Made by a program: the position numbers and the translations under genes. Source: Chiloscyllium plagiosum (taxonomy: Eukaryota). Taken from it: 64,000 nucleotides of DNA. Shown here piece by piece: positions 39,915 through 52,950 of this stretch (position 1 is its first letter; each line of letters begins with the position of its first letter). Where the stretch lies: NCBI RefSeq assembly GCF_004010195.1, contig NC_057718.1, positions 86,920,139-86,984,138 of the forward strand, read 5' to 3'. The notes under the pieces were generated by a model. It saw only the letters and a list, made by a program, of their open reading frames with translations. It ran no database searches and had not been told where the DNA came from.

Positions 39915-41660
39915 TGACAAAAAATATGCAGATGCTGGAATCCAAAGTAGACAAGCTCGAAGAACGCAGCAAGCCAGATAGGAGGTGGAGAAGTCAACCC
40001 TTCTTCAGGACTAGAGGTGGGAGTGAGGGGTGCTATAGATAAAGGGGTGGGGTAGGTTTTTGGATGGGGAGAGGGTGGAGGGTTAATGTAGTGATTGGTG
40101 ACCACAGGTAGAGGGTACGGCCCGTTAGATCGATGGGAGGAATGAATCTCGTTAATGGCTGGAAGGAAGGTTCAGTATGTGGAATGGAAGGGAGGAGGAG
40201 GGCTGGAAAGGGAATTGGGGAATGGGAAGGGAGTTTATTTGAAATTGGAGAACTCAGTGTTGAGTCTGCTGGGCTGTAGGCTGACTAGGCGAAAGATGAG
40301 ATGAGATGTTGTTCCTCCAATTTGCGGTCTGATTCACTGGAGGAGGCCAAGGATGGTCATGTTGGAGATGGAATGGGAAAGGGAATTAAAATGATCGGTG
40401 ACTGGAAGGTCAAGTCAGCCATTGCAGGCCCAGCTGAGATGCTCGACGAAATGTTCCCTTAGTTTACATTTGGTCTCACCAATGTAGAGAACACCACATT
40501 GGAAACACCAGATACAGTAAACTTGGTTGAAGGATCAGGTAGGTGAACCTCTGTCTCACCTGGAAGGACTGTTTGGGACCCTGGATGGAGGTGAGAAGGG
40601 TGGTGTGCCAGCTGGTTTTGCACCTTTTATGGTTGCAGGGGAAGATAGCAGGGGGTTCAGGGGAGTGTGGCACGAACCAATGAGTGACAAAGGGCATGGA
40701 CCTTGTGGAAGGAAAAGGAGTTGGGGGGGGGGGGGGGTGCGGAAGATGTAATTGGTGGTGGGGTCTCGGTGGAGTTGGCATAAGTGTTTAAAGATCATGG
40801 ATTGGATACAGAGACTAATGGGGTAGAAGGTGAGGAATAGGGGTTCCCTACTGCGGTAGTGCTTATTTTTTCCCCAGCACCCATGTTGTGTCTGTGCAGG
40901 TGTGAGACACAGTGAAAGACACAAGGTGCACGAATCTTTATTCAGTTTCCACCAACAGGAAAAAAGGAAACACCCGAATGGCTAGTGACAAGCAGTACCC
41001 TTCACATCAAAGCGCAATGCTGTGTGATCAAACCGTGAAAGGGAGGGCAGGGAATTAAATCAAAATAGAGTTGGTCCCTGTCTTTATTATGTTTGAGGAG
41101 GGGGGGGTGGCTTAGAACACTGGAGAAGCTATCTGGATGAGAGGGAGGTGGGGGGAGAGATAGGTGGACATCGGGGATGCTTGGGAATGGAATGTCTCCT
41201 CATCTGAGCAGATGCAACGGAGACAGGAATTGGGCGAACAGGATGGAATTCTTGCAGGATACTGGGCTGGAGGAGATGCAGTCCAGGTGGTTATGGGAGT
41301 TTAGGGTGTAGGTTTGCTCGCTGAACTGTAGATTTGATATCCAGTGGCGACCTCCAAGTGAAGCGAAGCTGTTGTCTCCTGCTTTCTATATATATGTTTG
41401 TCCTGGATGGGGTTCCAGGTGATGTCATTTCCTGTTTGTTTTCTGAGGGGTTGATACATAGATCTAGATACCATCTGTTTGTTTATGGCGTTGTGGTTGG
41501 ATTGCCAGGCCTCTAGTTATGGGAGTCTTTGGGTTATAGTAGATGTCTGCCCATGGACTGTTGCTGGAGATGGAAGTAAAGAATCAAGAAAAGGGGAGGG
41601 AGGTGACCTAGATCGATCTCGTGAATTTAAGGGCAGGATGGAACTTGTTGGCGAAGTCCA
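39915..41660 (-). mobile_element. Neptune-like PLE (RT thumb, Cys-rich linker, GIY-YIG, pLTR) with nested insertions
   Basis: ORF 40476-40781(-) FPCNHKRCKT...IQGPKQSFQVRQRFT is the typical pre-GIY-YIG linker. pLTR with CTGAAGAAGGG near 40000. Nested pieces at about 40850-41073 and 41301-41515. Confidence 0.82.
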
Positions 41661-41827
41661 TACCAATCCTCGCTTCACCATCAAACCCACTGACAGACTC
41701 CATCCCGGTTTCCTAATTCCTCCTTCTCCATGGCATCTGCTGAGACAAGGAGACATTCCAGGTAACTACTATTCCTATTGTTTAAAGAAATAGTTGCAAG
41801 CAACTGATCGCTCAGATCTCAAACAAT

Positions 41828-42338
41828 GATTAGATTCCCGACGGTGTGGAAACAGGCCCTTCGGCCCAACAAGACCACACCGACCCTCTGAAGAGTAACC
41901 CACCCAGACCCATTTCCCTCTGACTAATGTACTGTCACGCTATGGGCAATTTAGCATGGCCAATTCACCTAACCTGCACATCTCTGGACTGTGGAGTACC
42001 CAGAAGAAACCCACGCAGACGCAGGGAGAATGTGTAAACTCCACACAGACAGTCGCCTGAGGCTGGAATCAAACCTGGGACCCTGGTGCTGTGAGGCAGT
42101 AGTAAGAGTAACCCACCCAGACCCATTTCCCTCTGACTAATGCACCGAACATTATGATCAATTTACCATGGCCAATTCACATGGCCTGCACGTCTTTGGA
42201 CTGTGGGAGGAAACCGGAGCACCCAGAGGAAACCCATGGGGAGAATGTGTAAACTCCACACAGACAGTCGCCTGAGGCTGGAATCAAACCTGGGACCCTG
42301 GTGCTGTGAGGCAGTAGTGCTTACCATTAAGCCACCGT
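41828..42338 (-). mobile_element. Tandem dimer of HE1-type SINE
   Basis: Two overlapping near-identical units (41828-42103 and 42104-42338) share aagagtaacccacccagacccatttccctctgactaatg and ggagaatgtgtaaactccacacagacagtcgcctgaggctggaatcaaacctggg. Confidence 0.88.
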
Positions 42339-42547
42339 ATTTTGTACTGGTGTTTTGTTTCAAAATAGTGCTCACTGTCCCTCATTCTTCCTGTTAAACT
42401 CCAACTTCCCCCTAGCTTCTTCCCTTCCACCAATTAACTCCTGGGTCTTTTTCTTTTTAACATTTTAAATCACACACAGTTGCTTCCATGAAAGTCAACT
42501 AGCATTGTACCTGATCCCCTCCCCTCAGCCACACATGCTTGAGGTAA

Positions 42548-42763
42548 GCTGAAAATGTGTTGCTGGAAAAGCGCAGCAGGTCAGGCAGCATCCAGGGAAC
42601 AGGAGAATCGACGTTTCGGGCATAAGCCCTTCTTCAGGAATCCTGAAGAAGGGCTTATGCCCGAAACGTCTCCTGTTCCCTGGATGCTGCCTGACCTGCT
42701 GCGCTTTTCCAGCAACACATTTTCAGCTCTGATCTCCAGCATCTGCAGACCTCACTTTCTCCT
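42548..42763. mobile_element. 216-bp palindromic mini-PLE with two divergent hammerhead cores
   Basis: Arms 42548-42639 and 42641-42727 are perfect inverted repeats apart from a 5-nt indel. 14-bp TSD catgcttgaggtaa at 42534-42547 and 42764-42777. Confidence 0.9.
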
Positions 42764-43027
42764 CATGCTTGAGGTAATACAAGCATAAGACGGTAAGAAA
42801 TATGCCCAGAAAAAAATTAAAATAAACATTTAGAAGACATCTTGCAGCACCAGTCCTCTGCTTTTTTTGCCAATATACTGATACACTGTTTGCTTTGGTC
42901 AGCTCCTATGACAGCACGTAGAGGGAGGTGCCGATCTGGTGTCTATTATATTAGAGTCATACAGTCATAGAGATGTACAGCTCAGAAACAGACCATTCGG
43001 TCCAACTCGTCCATGCCAACCAGGTAT

Positions 43028-43527
43028 NNNNNNNNNNNNNNNNNNNNNNNNNNNNNNNNNNNNNNNNNNNNNNNNNNNNNNNNNNNNNNNNNNNNNNNNN
43101 NNNNNNNNNNNNNNNNNNNNNNNNNNNNNNNNNNNNNNNNNNNNNNNNNNNNNNNNNNNNNNNNNNNNNNNNNNNNNNNNNNNNNNNNNNNNNNNNNNNN
43201 NNNNNNNNNNNNNNNNNNNNNNNNNNNNNNNNNNNNNNNNNNNNNNNNNNNNNNNNNNNNNNNNNNNNNNNNNNNNNNNNNNNNNNNNNNNNNNNNNNNN
43301 NNNNNNNNNNNNNNNNNNNNNNNNNNNNNNNNNNNNNNNNNNNNNNNNNNNNNNNNNNNNNNNNNNNNNNNNNNNNNNNNNNNNNNNNNNNNNNNNNNNN
43401 NNNNNNNNNNNNNNNNNNNNNNNNNNNNNNNNNNNNNNNNNNNNNNNNNNNNNNNNNNNNNNNNNNNNNNNNNNNNNNNNNNNNNNNNNNNNNNNNNNNN
43501 NNNNNNNNNNNNNNNNNNNNNNNNNNN
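43028..43527. other. Assembly gap (N run)
   Basis: 500 N. Confidence 1.
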
Positions 43528-44431
43528 TCTCTGTTTGTTCATTTTTCCAAGATGCACTCTGATATTCAGAGATACTTGAATTCAAACAGCAATGGCAGTA
43601 ACTGTGCAGATTCACTGATGTGTCAGACAGCAGTGTCAGTTTCTTTCTCTGACCATTTGGTCTCTGCCTTTATTTCTATGCCACCTTTTTAAAGTGCCGT
43701 TGTTGTGATCTTTTTTCCCTCAAAGTTCCAAAACAATGCAACTGCTCATAAAACAGTAATTGCTGCTCCTGGAATTCAAGGAAATCACCTCCAACACCTA
43801 AAATACCTCAAAAAGGGAGCAACTCTTACAGCCACAACTTTTTTCTGTCCTCCATCTTGGATTACCCAGAATCCTGTAATGTTCCATAATTCTCTTTATT
43901 TGGGAACTATTTGTTTAAATAGGAAAATTGTATATATCACTCCAATATTTAAAGAAGCTGACAAAACAAAACCAGGGAATTAAAGGCTTAGCATCTGTTG
44001 TGGTGAAATTACTGGTTCCTGTAAATAAGATGGGGTAACTCTACCTTTGAAAATCTTTGGATATTCACAGAGAGGCTGCAAGGGTTTGTAAACAGTAGTC
44101 ACAATGGCATCTGCAGTCTTTACGGTCTCCTAGTCATGCTAATGAACCTTTTTATAAAGATATTTCTTAACATATTTGTTCAGAACTTGTTTAGATTAGT
44201 TAGGAAGCCATATATTTAAATCTGCAAATGACAAAAAGAGAGAAACATAGGCAGTGATTGAAGGCATAACATTGGTACAAAGAGTCACATTATTAGATGG
44301 GCAAAACTATGGCAAATAGATTTCGAATATAGACACATGAGAAGCTTTCTACTTTGGAAGTGAGAGGAATAAAACAAGGTAATGTCTAAATAATGAAATG
44401 CTCGAAGTAGTGGAGGTCCAAAAAAATCATT

Positions 44432-44755
44432 TCAACCTCCCTCCCATTCTGCCTCCCCAGCTTCTACACTGGTCCCCTCGCTTCTGTTCTGCTTCCTGCC
44501 TCGTTTTCCCTGTTTTTCCCCTTTCCTTCTTCACCTTTCCTCTGCTGTTCCCCTACTCATCCCCAGCCTTGCCATTCCCTAACCCTTTTCTCCTCTTCTG
44601 TCTTTTTTTCTACCCCTCTCCCTGTCCATTCTTCCCCTTCTCCTTCCTCCCCACTTTCTTCCATCCTTCCTATTTCCATTGCTTCCAGCTTACTTCCCTC
44701 CTTCCTGCTTTTTGTACTTCCCCCACTCTCGCAATCCCTGTTACCTTCCTCTGCC
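44432..44755. repeat. Low-complexity polypyrimidine tract
   Basis: About 320 nt, almost entirely C/T on the + strand. Confidence 0.85.
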
Positions 44756-46819
44756 AGAAGGATACGCGATGATTGCAAAGAATAACACATACCCAGGACC
44801 CAACATTATCTATAAAGTCCCTCAACCCAACATGTTCTGCATATAAATAATGGGAGTTGGAATATTTATGAAAGAAAACATTTTTAAAAAAGTAGTTGAG
44901 ATGGTGTGCAATGACTAAAACAGTCTACACCAGATAAGGAAATGGCAGTAAATCAAATATGGTTCAGCTTGACATTATCAGGTTGCACAGATGGACTGTG
45001 CGTTTCCTGACAATAATTCAGAAATGATATCTTATAAAAATAATAAATTCTTAATTTTTTTATTCATCTTGTCTTAATGTAGAAAGTTTTAATAGGTCAG
45101 TAGATAATTGCTTCATTTTCAGTCAACTGGAAGAACATCCGCTGCCGTCTTTATTTGTGTCAAGGGAATACTGAAAATAACTGAACTAGTTTCCATGGCA
45201 TGAAACATTTCTTTAATGGTGTCAAAATCGTTCTTCAAAGCACAGGTCTTCAAAGCACAGTGTTCAGATAAATAACAGAAATTGACTTAATCATGTTTTT
45301 GTGAGGAATGCCAAAATGAATTTATGGTAGAAGAACTTATATTTTGTATGGGGATTGTATGGATTTTCTTTAGAAAAGCACGGGTTTCTATGGTATTCTC
45401 CAGTAAGAAATCATTTACAGAGTACATATGAAATCTAAATTCCCCTTGGCATAACTTTCAGTGTTTTATGTACTCCAGCCCTTTGTTTCACATTCTATGT
45501 GTGATTTACCATGGGTGTTCTCTTGTCTGTCCTGATTCTCTTCCACAGTCTTTTGTAGAGCCTAGGTTAACAAAGCAGCATAAATTTCAGAAGGTATCAA
45601 TTAGCACCCCCACCTCAGTGCCCTGATTTCTTACTATCCTAGGGGCGGAAATAGGAGATTTCTGCTACCCGCAATCCCACTAAGCTGAGGTTTAGCTTAT
45701 GGTGAACACAACGGTCTTCTAAAATATCATGTACCATGAATGTTGTGAAAAGGGTGAAACATCCTTTGAGTGCTATTCCTTGGATATTGCAGGCAAGAAA
45801 TATTCCTCAGGTAACATGTTTCAAGTAGATAGACATAGAAGAAGGGTCATTGCATTCAGTTTCTTAGTCTCAAATATTTTAGGCACCCACAGTCTTTTGA
45901 GGGAGCGAGTTGCATATTTCCACTAACATTTCTGTCTTTAAATATGACCAAGCTCTGGTTTTGATATTGCCTTCTATTTCTGCATTACTCTGCTAATTAA
46001 CAATGTTTTTAAAATCCTTAATTAGATCACCTTTATAGTCCCTAGTCTCTTCCCATGAAGGAAATAATTCAGTTTGTCTTTCTCAGATTCATGTCCCTTT
46101 TGTAATGATGTGATTCCAAAGGTGTAACTTGTAAATTCTGATATGCAACTCTTTATTCCTTCAACCAAATCATTGATGTATACAGTGAAGAGCTGAGGCA
46201 CTCAGTACAGATCCTTGGGAAGATGACTTGTCACATTCCCCAACACATCTGAGCCAATGATCAACCCCATCACCAGGTTATCTCTAGTTCTATTTGCACT
46301 CATTTTCACTAATAATTTGTGTAGCTCAGGAGCAGAGAATGGCAGATACCCCCAGCTCAAGGAGGACAGCCAAGTCCCTTGGAGTACGAACATTTCCTAG
46401 TACTTCACCATTCAAAAAAATTCTCCTTTTGTAGTTTCCATACAAAGTGGATAACTTCACCCTATGGTACATGATTTCCCATCTGCCATATTCTTGCCCA
46501 CTCACCCAATCTTTCTATATCCTGCTATAGCCGCTTTGCCTTCTCCACACTGCATACTGAGCCAATAAACTTTATATCATCAGCAAACCTTGATATGTTG
46601 CATACAGTCTCACCATCTAAGTTATTAATATCGATTGTAAATAACTGAGGTCCAGGTAATGATCCATATAGTGCCTGCTCGTCACAGCCTGGCAGCACAG
46701 AGATGCCCTATTTATCCTTCTGTTTTCTATCTAATTAATTCTCAATCTTTGTAAAGAACATATCTTCTTCCATGAGTCAAAATTGTGTGCAATGATCTCT
46801 TGTGTGAAAAAGATAAAGG

Positions 46820-47165
46820 AGGACTTGCAGTTATGTGGTCACTTTCTTGACCATTGGAAGTCCTAAAATGCTTTATAGTCAATGAAATACTTTAAAGTGT
46901 AGTGATTGTTGTAATTTAGAAAACATTGCAGCCAAATTGTGCACAGCAAACAATAGTGATCATGTAATCTATTTTTGTAATGTTGATTGAGAAATAAATA
47001 TTGGCCAGGACACCTGGAGTAACTGCTATTCTTCAAAATAATGCCATAGAATCTTTTACATGTGCTTGAGTGTGCAATTGGAGCTTTAGCTTAAAGACAC
47101 ATCTGAAAGGCAGCACCACAGTGATGCATTCCTTCTACACCACACTGGACTGTCAGCTTGATTTC
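46820..47165 (-). mobile_element. Deu-domain SINE (SacSINE1/AmnSINE1-like)
   Basis: The reverse complement contains gtgctgcctttcagatg...gtaaaagattctatggcattattttgaagaatagcag...ggtgtcctggccaatatttat...aatttggctgc...actacactttaaagtatttcattg. Confidence 0.8.
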
Positions 47166-47179
47166 AGAGTCATGGCTGG

Positions 47180-48480
47180 TATACATAAGAACTAGGAGCA
47201 GGAGTAGGCCTTCTCCGCCATTCAATAAGATCATGGCTGATCTTTTTTGTGGCCTCAGCTCCATTTATCTGTCCTCTCACCATAATCCTTAATTCCTTTA
47301 TTGTTCAAAAGAAATCTATCTTAGTCTTAAAAACATTTACTGAATTAGCATCAATTACTTCACTGAGCAGGGAATTCCATAGATTCACAACCCTCTGGGT
47401 GAAGAAGTTCCTTGTCAATTCAGTCCTAAATCTGCTCCCCCTAATTTTGAGGCTATGCCTTCTTGTCCTAGTTTCACCTGCCAGTGGAAACATTCTCTCT
47501 ACGTCTATGTTATCTATTCCCCTCATAATTTTATATATTTCTCTAAGATCCGTCCTCATTCTTCTAAATTACAATGAATATAATGCCAGTCAACTCAGTT
47601 TCTCCTCATAAGCCAAGCTTCTTAACTCCGGAGGAGAAAGTGAGGTCTGCAGATGCTGGAGATCAGAGATGGAAATGTGTTGCTGGAAAAGCAGCAGGTC
47701 AGGCAGCATCTAGGGAACAGGAGAATCGACGTTTAGGGCATTAGCCCTTCTTCAGCCCTTCTTAACTCCGGAATCAACCTAATGAACCTCCTCTCTAACC
47801 CCTCTAGTGCCAGTACATCCTTTCTCAAGTAATGAGATCAAAACTGCACGAAGGACTCCAGGTGTGGTCTCACCGGCACCCTATACAGCTACAACATAAC
47901 TTCCCTGCTTTTAAACTCAATCCCTTTAGCAATGAAGGACAAAATTCCATTTGCTTTCCAAATTACCTGTTGTACCTGCAGACCAATCTTCTGTAATTCA
48001 TGCCCAAGGACACCCAAGTTGCTCTGCACATTGAAGTAACAGTCCTTTTTACTGTTATTCTTACTAAAGTGGATGTCTTCACATTTATTAACATTGTATT
48101 CCATCTGCCAGACCTTTGCCCATTCACTTAAAGTGTCTAAGTTCCTCTGCAAAGTTTCACCGTCCTCTGCGCATTTTGCTTTGCTACCAGTGTCATCTGT
48201 AAACTTTGACAAATGACACATTGTCCCCAACTCCAAATTGTGTTTGTAAATTCTGAATAATTGTGATCCCTACCCTGATCCCTGAGGCACACCACTATTT
48301 ACTGATTGCCAGCCAGAACAGCACTCATTTATCCCCACTCTTTGCTTCTTGTTAGTCAACCAATCCTCTATCCATGCTAATACTTTACCCATAATGCCAT
48401 ACATCTTTATACGTAGCACAAAATCTTATTAAACACTTTTTGAAAATTCAAATATACTACAAACAATGATACCTCCTTGT
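47180..48480 (-). mobile_element. CR1 LINE 3' portion
   Basis: ORFs 47305-47559(-) and 47889-48236(-): SKFTDDT...LQRNLDTLSEWAKVWQMEYNVNKC and YKIMRG...TRRHSLKIRG. Confidence 0.88.
47633..47757 (-). mobile_element. Mini-PLE pseudo-LTR inserted in CR1, starting at a hammerhead core
   Basis: Reverse complement CTGAAGAagggctaatgccctaaacgtc. 15-bp TSD cttcttaactccgga at 47618-47632 and 47758-47772. Confidence 0.85.
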
Positions 48481-48614
48481 CTATGTGACAATAAAGGCTA
48501 TTCTAGACAATGTTGAGTCTCCTGCTCCTCAGATGCTGCTGGTCTGTTGTGCTTTTCCAGCACCATACTCTCGATTCTGATCTCCAGCATTTGCAGTTCT
48601 CACTTCCTCCTTGG

Positions 48615-49725
48615 TTCAAACGTGGACATGAATTTCAGAAGTGAGGTGAGAGTGAGCGCCCTCAACATCAAGGCCACATTTAACTGAATATGGCACCAAG
48701 AAGCCCTAGTAAAACTGAAGTTAATGGGAATTAGGGGGACAAGTTGGTTGGAGTCAATGCGGGACTAAGGAAAATGGTTGTGGTCATTGGAAGTCAATCA
48801 TCTCGGTTCCGAGGCATCACTACAAGTGTTCTTCAGGTCACTGTCCTTGGCCCAACCGACTTAGCTGCTTTCAGTGACCTCCTCTTCAACATGAAGTCAG
48901 AAATGGGGATGTTCACTGATGATTACACAGTGTTTAACATTCCTCAGACTGTATGTTCAAATGCAACAAGAATTGTATAATATCCAGTTTGTGGGCTGAC
49001 AGTGGCCAATAACATTCAGTCCACACAATATCTCCAAATGGCGAGAAATATAATAATTGCCTCTTGACATTCAACAACACTACCATTGTTGAATCTCTCA
49101 CTGTCAATGTCCAAGGGGTTTGCTTTGATCAGAAACTAAACTGGACAAGCTATATAAATAGTATAAGAGTAGGTCAGGAACTAGGAATCTTGTAGAGGAT
49201 GACTTGCCTCCTGGCTCCCAAAGCCTGTCTACAATCACAAGTCAGAAATGTGATGGAACTTTCTGCTCTTGCTTGTATGAGTGCACTTCCAGCAATACTC
49301 AAGAAGCTTAAAATAATACAAAGAAGCTCACTTGATAGACATCCACAAATGTGCAGCATTGACTCACAGCAGCAGCACTGTGTCCCATCCATAAGTCATA
49401 TTGCAGAAATTCATCAAGGATCCTCAGACAATAACTTCTAACAGTCAACCCCTAAATTCTAGAAGGCCAAGGGCAGCAGATACATGGGAACACTACAATC
49501 GGCAAACTCCCTTTCAAGACATTCACCAGAGTCACTTGGAAATATACAATAGTTCTCGAACTGTCCTTGGGTCAAAATCCTGGAACTCTCTCCCTAAAAG
49601 CAGTTGTGGAATAATTACACCATTGTACTGTAATGGTTCAAGGTGGCAGCTCATCATCACCTTCTCGAGAATGGTCAACACATACTGCCAGTAAGTGATG
49701 CCCGCATTCCATGAATGCATATTTA
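48615..49725 (+). mobile_element. LINE RT and 3' end (probable partner of the tRNA-headed SINE)
   Basis: EVRVSALNIKATFN.IWHQEAL..., VLQVTVLGP... and MFTDDYTVF RT motifs. The tail gatgcccgcattccatgaatg matches the SINE tails. Confidence 0.75.
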
Positions 49726-51074
49726 AAAACATATAATAACTGTGTCCATTTCTGATATTCAGAAGTATAATTACAGAACCTGAAAACATTAAATGAGAAA
49801 GACTGTTTACCTTACTAATTATTATCAGTAATAGTTTCGTAAGCAGAGGAAGAGAGTGATAGTATCAAACCAGTCAGAAGTGAGGTCAGGAATAACCTCC
49901 TGTGCAGAGCTTGTGCCACAGATCCATCTCGGGTTATTTTGAATCAAAATATGAGTGCATTTCCAGCATCTTTTTCACATTTACCAGCCTCAGGTCAAGG
50001 AAATGAATTTCCTTGAGGCACTTTGCCACTGTACAAGTATGATAGATCACAGCAAGAGATATTTAACAAGTGTAAAATATTTCAAGTTTGGTGTTCTCCC
50101 ATTTGGTAACTGGTTTTAATGAAAATAAAGAGCAAGTCCTAGTTCTGTCAAGAAAAATAACCTAGATGGTGCAAGGCATTTTGAGTTTGTAATACATGGC
50201 ATGAAATACAACCACAAATTTGTGTAATGAGTACAGTATCTGAGGGAATGCAGATGGTTGGGAGGATGTATGTGGGTAGAGGTGATTGTATTAATTGGTA
50301 TGTGCATGAGTAGATAATTACAATTAACTCTTATATTTATGCAGAAAATGAGTGATTATTTTAAGCTGTTTTGTTCCCTTTACATGACAGCTTGTCAACT
50401 GCCCCAAGTATCAATGGGGCAGTGTCACCAGTTTCTGTGGTGACTTGTACCTGATTCATCAAATTATTGCTGTTTGTGTAGCTGTACAACTGCAGACTGA
50501 ATTACTGTGAGAATTTTGCTCATGATATTTTGAGCTATGCAGAGAGGATAACACAATTGGAGTTTTAAGTGGTGTAAGGTATTTATGTATTAATATAACT
50601 TAAGGATCAAATACCTAAAAGGATAATTTTATTCTCAGTCGGAGGTCAATGCACATGGATCATATATGCATAAGAGTTGGAAACCCTGATAAATTTTAAC
50701 TGTCAAGTTTTTAATTATTCCTTTTGATCAACAGCTCATCTATTTCAGCAACACCTTACATTTATGTAACTGCTTTAATGTTATAAAACATCTCATGGCA
50801 CTTCACAGAAGCAAAACCAGGTTAAAATTGACATTGAGTTCCATACAACCTGAGCAAGAGTGACTAAAACCTCAGCCAAAGAGTTGGCTTCAAGGTGCAT
50901 CTTATCGGTGGAGAGGAAGAGACATAAGGGGATTTTCTAATTTAGGGCCTATTTGGCAGAAAGCACACTCGCCATGGTGGGGTGAGATGAGCAAGAGGTC
51001 AGAATCAAAGAGCCAGAGGAATCCTGGCTGGCTGTCTGTAGGATTGTGAACATTTGAATCAAAGATTGCAAGTA

Positions 51075-51460
51075 TATTGTGTCTTGCACAATCTCAGGAT
51101 GTCCCAACATGTTCTAAAATGAAGTTCTTTTGATATGTATTCACTGTTAGAATGTTAATTAATGCTTAGCAAGCTTCCAAAAACAGCAGTGTGATAATGC
51201 CCGGTGATCTGCTTTATGATGTTTGCAGAAAGAGTTTCTCGCTTTCTCGAAATGGTTCTACAGGATCTTTTCCATCCACCTGAAAGTAAACACAAGATGG
51301 TTGCAGCTACTAATAGATAAGGAGCAGAGGCTCACACCAAGGAAGTTGACTGAGGATTGGTGGAAAGGTTTATCCTTCTTGTTCACCTGTCACAGTATCC
51401 CTGAGTGCCATCAGATTGGAATCTCCTAAGGGTCCCAGTTTGAAGATGGGACTCAATCTG
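51075..51460 (-). mobile_element. Degenerate Deu-domain SINE
   Basis: caggatgtcccaacatgttc...aagcttccaaaaacagcagtgtgataatg...ttctcgaaatgg...ggatcttttccatccacctg is the reverse complement of the Deu core. Confidence 0.6.
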
Positions 51461-51534
51461 ATACTGTTATGAATAAACCCACTCAGGAACAATCTACTCT
51501 CCTTTGTTTCATAATGTTTTGAAGACATTTGTAA

Positions 51535-52950
51535 CTTAGACCATAAAAGATAGGACCAGAATTAGGCCATTCGACCCAAGGAGTCTGCTCTGCTGTTCGA
51601 TCATGATCGATATGTTTCTCAATCCCAATCTCCTCCCTTCTCCCTGCAACCCTTGATCCTCTTACCAATTAAGAATCTGTCTATTTCTGTCTTAAGTACA
51701 TCCAAACTCTTGAACTCCACAACCCTCTGTGGCAATGAGTCCTACCTTTTGACTGAAGAAATTCCTCCTTATCTCAGTTCTTAAAGGTCATCTCTTCACT
51801 CTGAGGCTGTGCCCTCAGTTCCTAGTCCCTCCTACTGGTGGAAACATCTTTGTTTCCACTTTATCCAGGCCTCTCAATATTCTCAAGTTTTATTCCGATC
51901 CCCTCCCATCATTCTAAACTCCATTAAGTACAGACCAAGAGTCCTTAACCACTCCTCATATGGCAAGGTCTTCATCCCCAGGATAATTCTTGTAAACCTC
52001 ATTCAGACCCTTCCAAAGCCAGTGCATCCTTCCTCAGATACAGGGTCTAAAAATGCTCACAATACTGAAATAGGATCTGACCAGAGCCTTATACAGCCTC
52101 AGTAGTATATTTCTGCTCTTGTATTCTAGCCATTTTGAATGCTAAAATTGCATGTGCCTTCCTAATTGCCAATTGAACCTTATTGTTAACCTTAAGAGAA
52201 ACATGAGCAAGGACTCCAAAGTCCCTTTGTGCTTCAGATTTCCAAAGCTTTCTTGTGTTTAGAAAATAGCCGATGCCTTTATTCTGTTGACCAAAGAGCA
52301 TTACCTCACACTTTCACACATTGTATTCCATCTGCCACTTCTTTGCCCTTTCTCTCAGCCTGTCCACAACCTTATGCAGCCCCTCAACTTCTATTACCTG
52401 CCTTCCATCTATCTTTCTGTATTTTGCAAACTTAGCAACAATGTCCTCAGTTCCTTCATCCAGATCATTAATGTATAATTTGAATAGTTGTGATCCCAAC
52501 TTGGATCCTAGCAGAACTTCACCCATCACCGGCTCCCATTCTGAAAAAGACCCCTTTATGCCCACTGTCTACTTTCTGCCAATCAGCCAATCCTGTATCT
52601 ATGCCAGTACCTTACTCTTAGCACCAAGGCTCTTATATAGCAGCTTCCTGTGTGGCCCCTTGTCATAGGCCTTCTGGAAATCTAAATAGATCACATCCAC
52701 TGGCTCTCATTTGTCTGACTTGCTCACTACCTCCTCAAAGGATTTTAACATTTGTCAGGCATGACGTCACCTTGATTAAGCTATGCTGACTCAGCCCTAT
52801 TTTACCATTGCACTTCCAAGTATCGCCATCTAATCCTTAATAATATACTCTAAAATCGTACCAAAGACCAAGGTCAGGCTAACCAGCCTCTACTTTCCTG
52901 TCTTCTGCCTCCCTCTCTTCTTAAAAAGGGGTGTTAATATGCCATTTTCC
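51535..52950 (-). mobile_element. CR1 LINE RT and 3' end
   Basis: ORF 52314-52565(-) GSFSEWEPV..EVLLGSKLGSQLFKLYINDLDEG...AKKWQMEYNV. Tail tcttatggtct. Confidence 0.88.

Noticed and set aside
41730..41767. Candidate ADGB exon 1: ATG GCA TCT GCT GAG ACA AGG AGA CAT TCC AG|GTAACT (MASAETRRHS), phase-compatible with the 53462 exon
   Set aside because: The sequence is an inverted PLE RT fragment (it mirrors 41185-41250, LRRICSDEETFH-like), so the resemblance to MASKQTKKK is probably chance. Exonisation cannot be excluded without RNA data.
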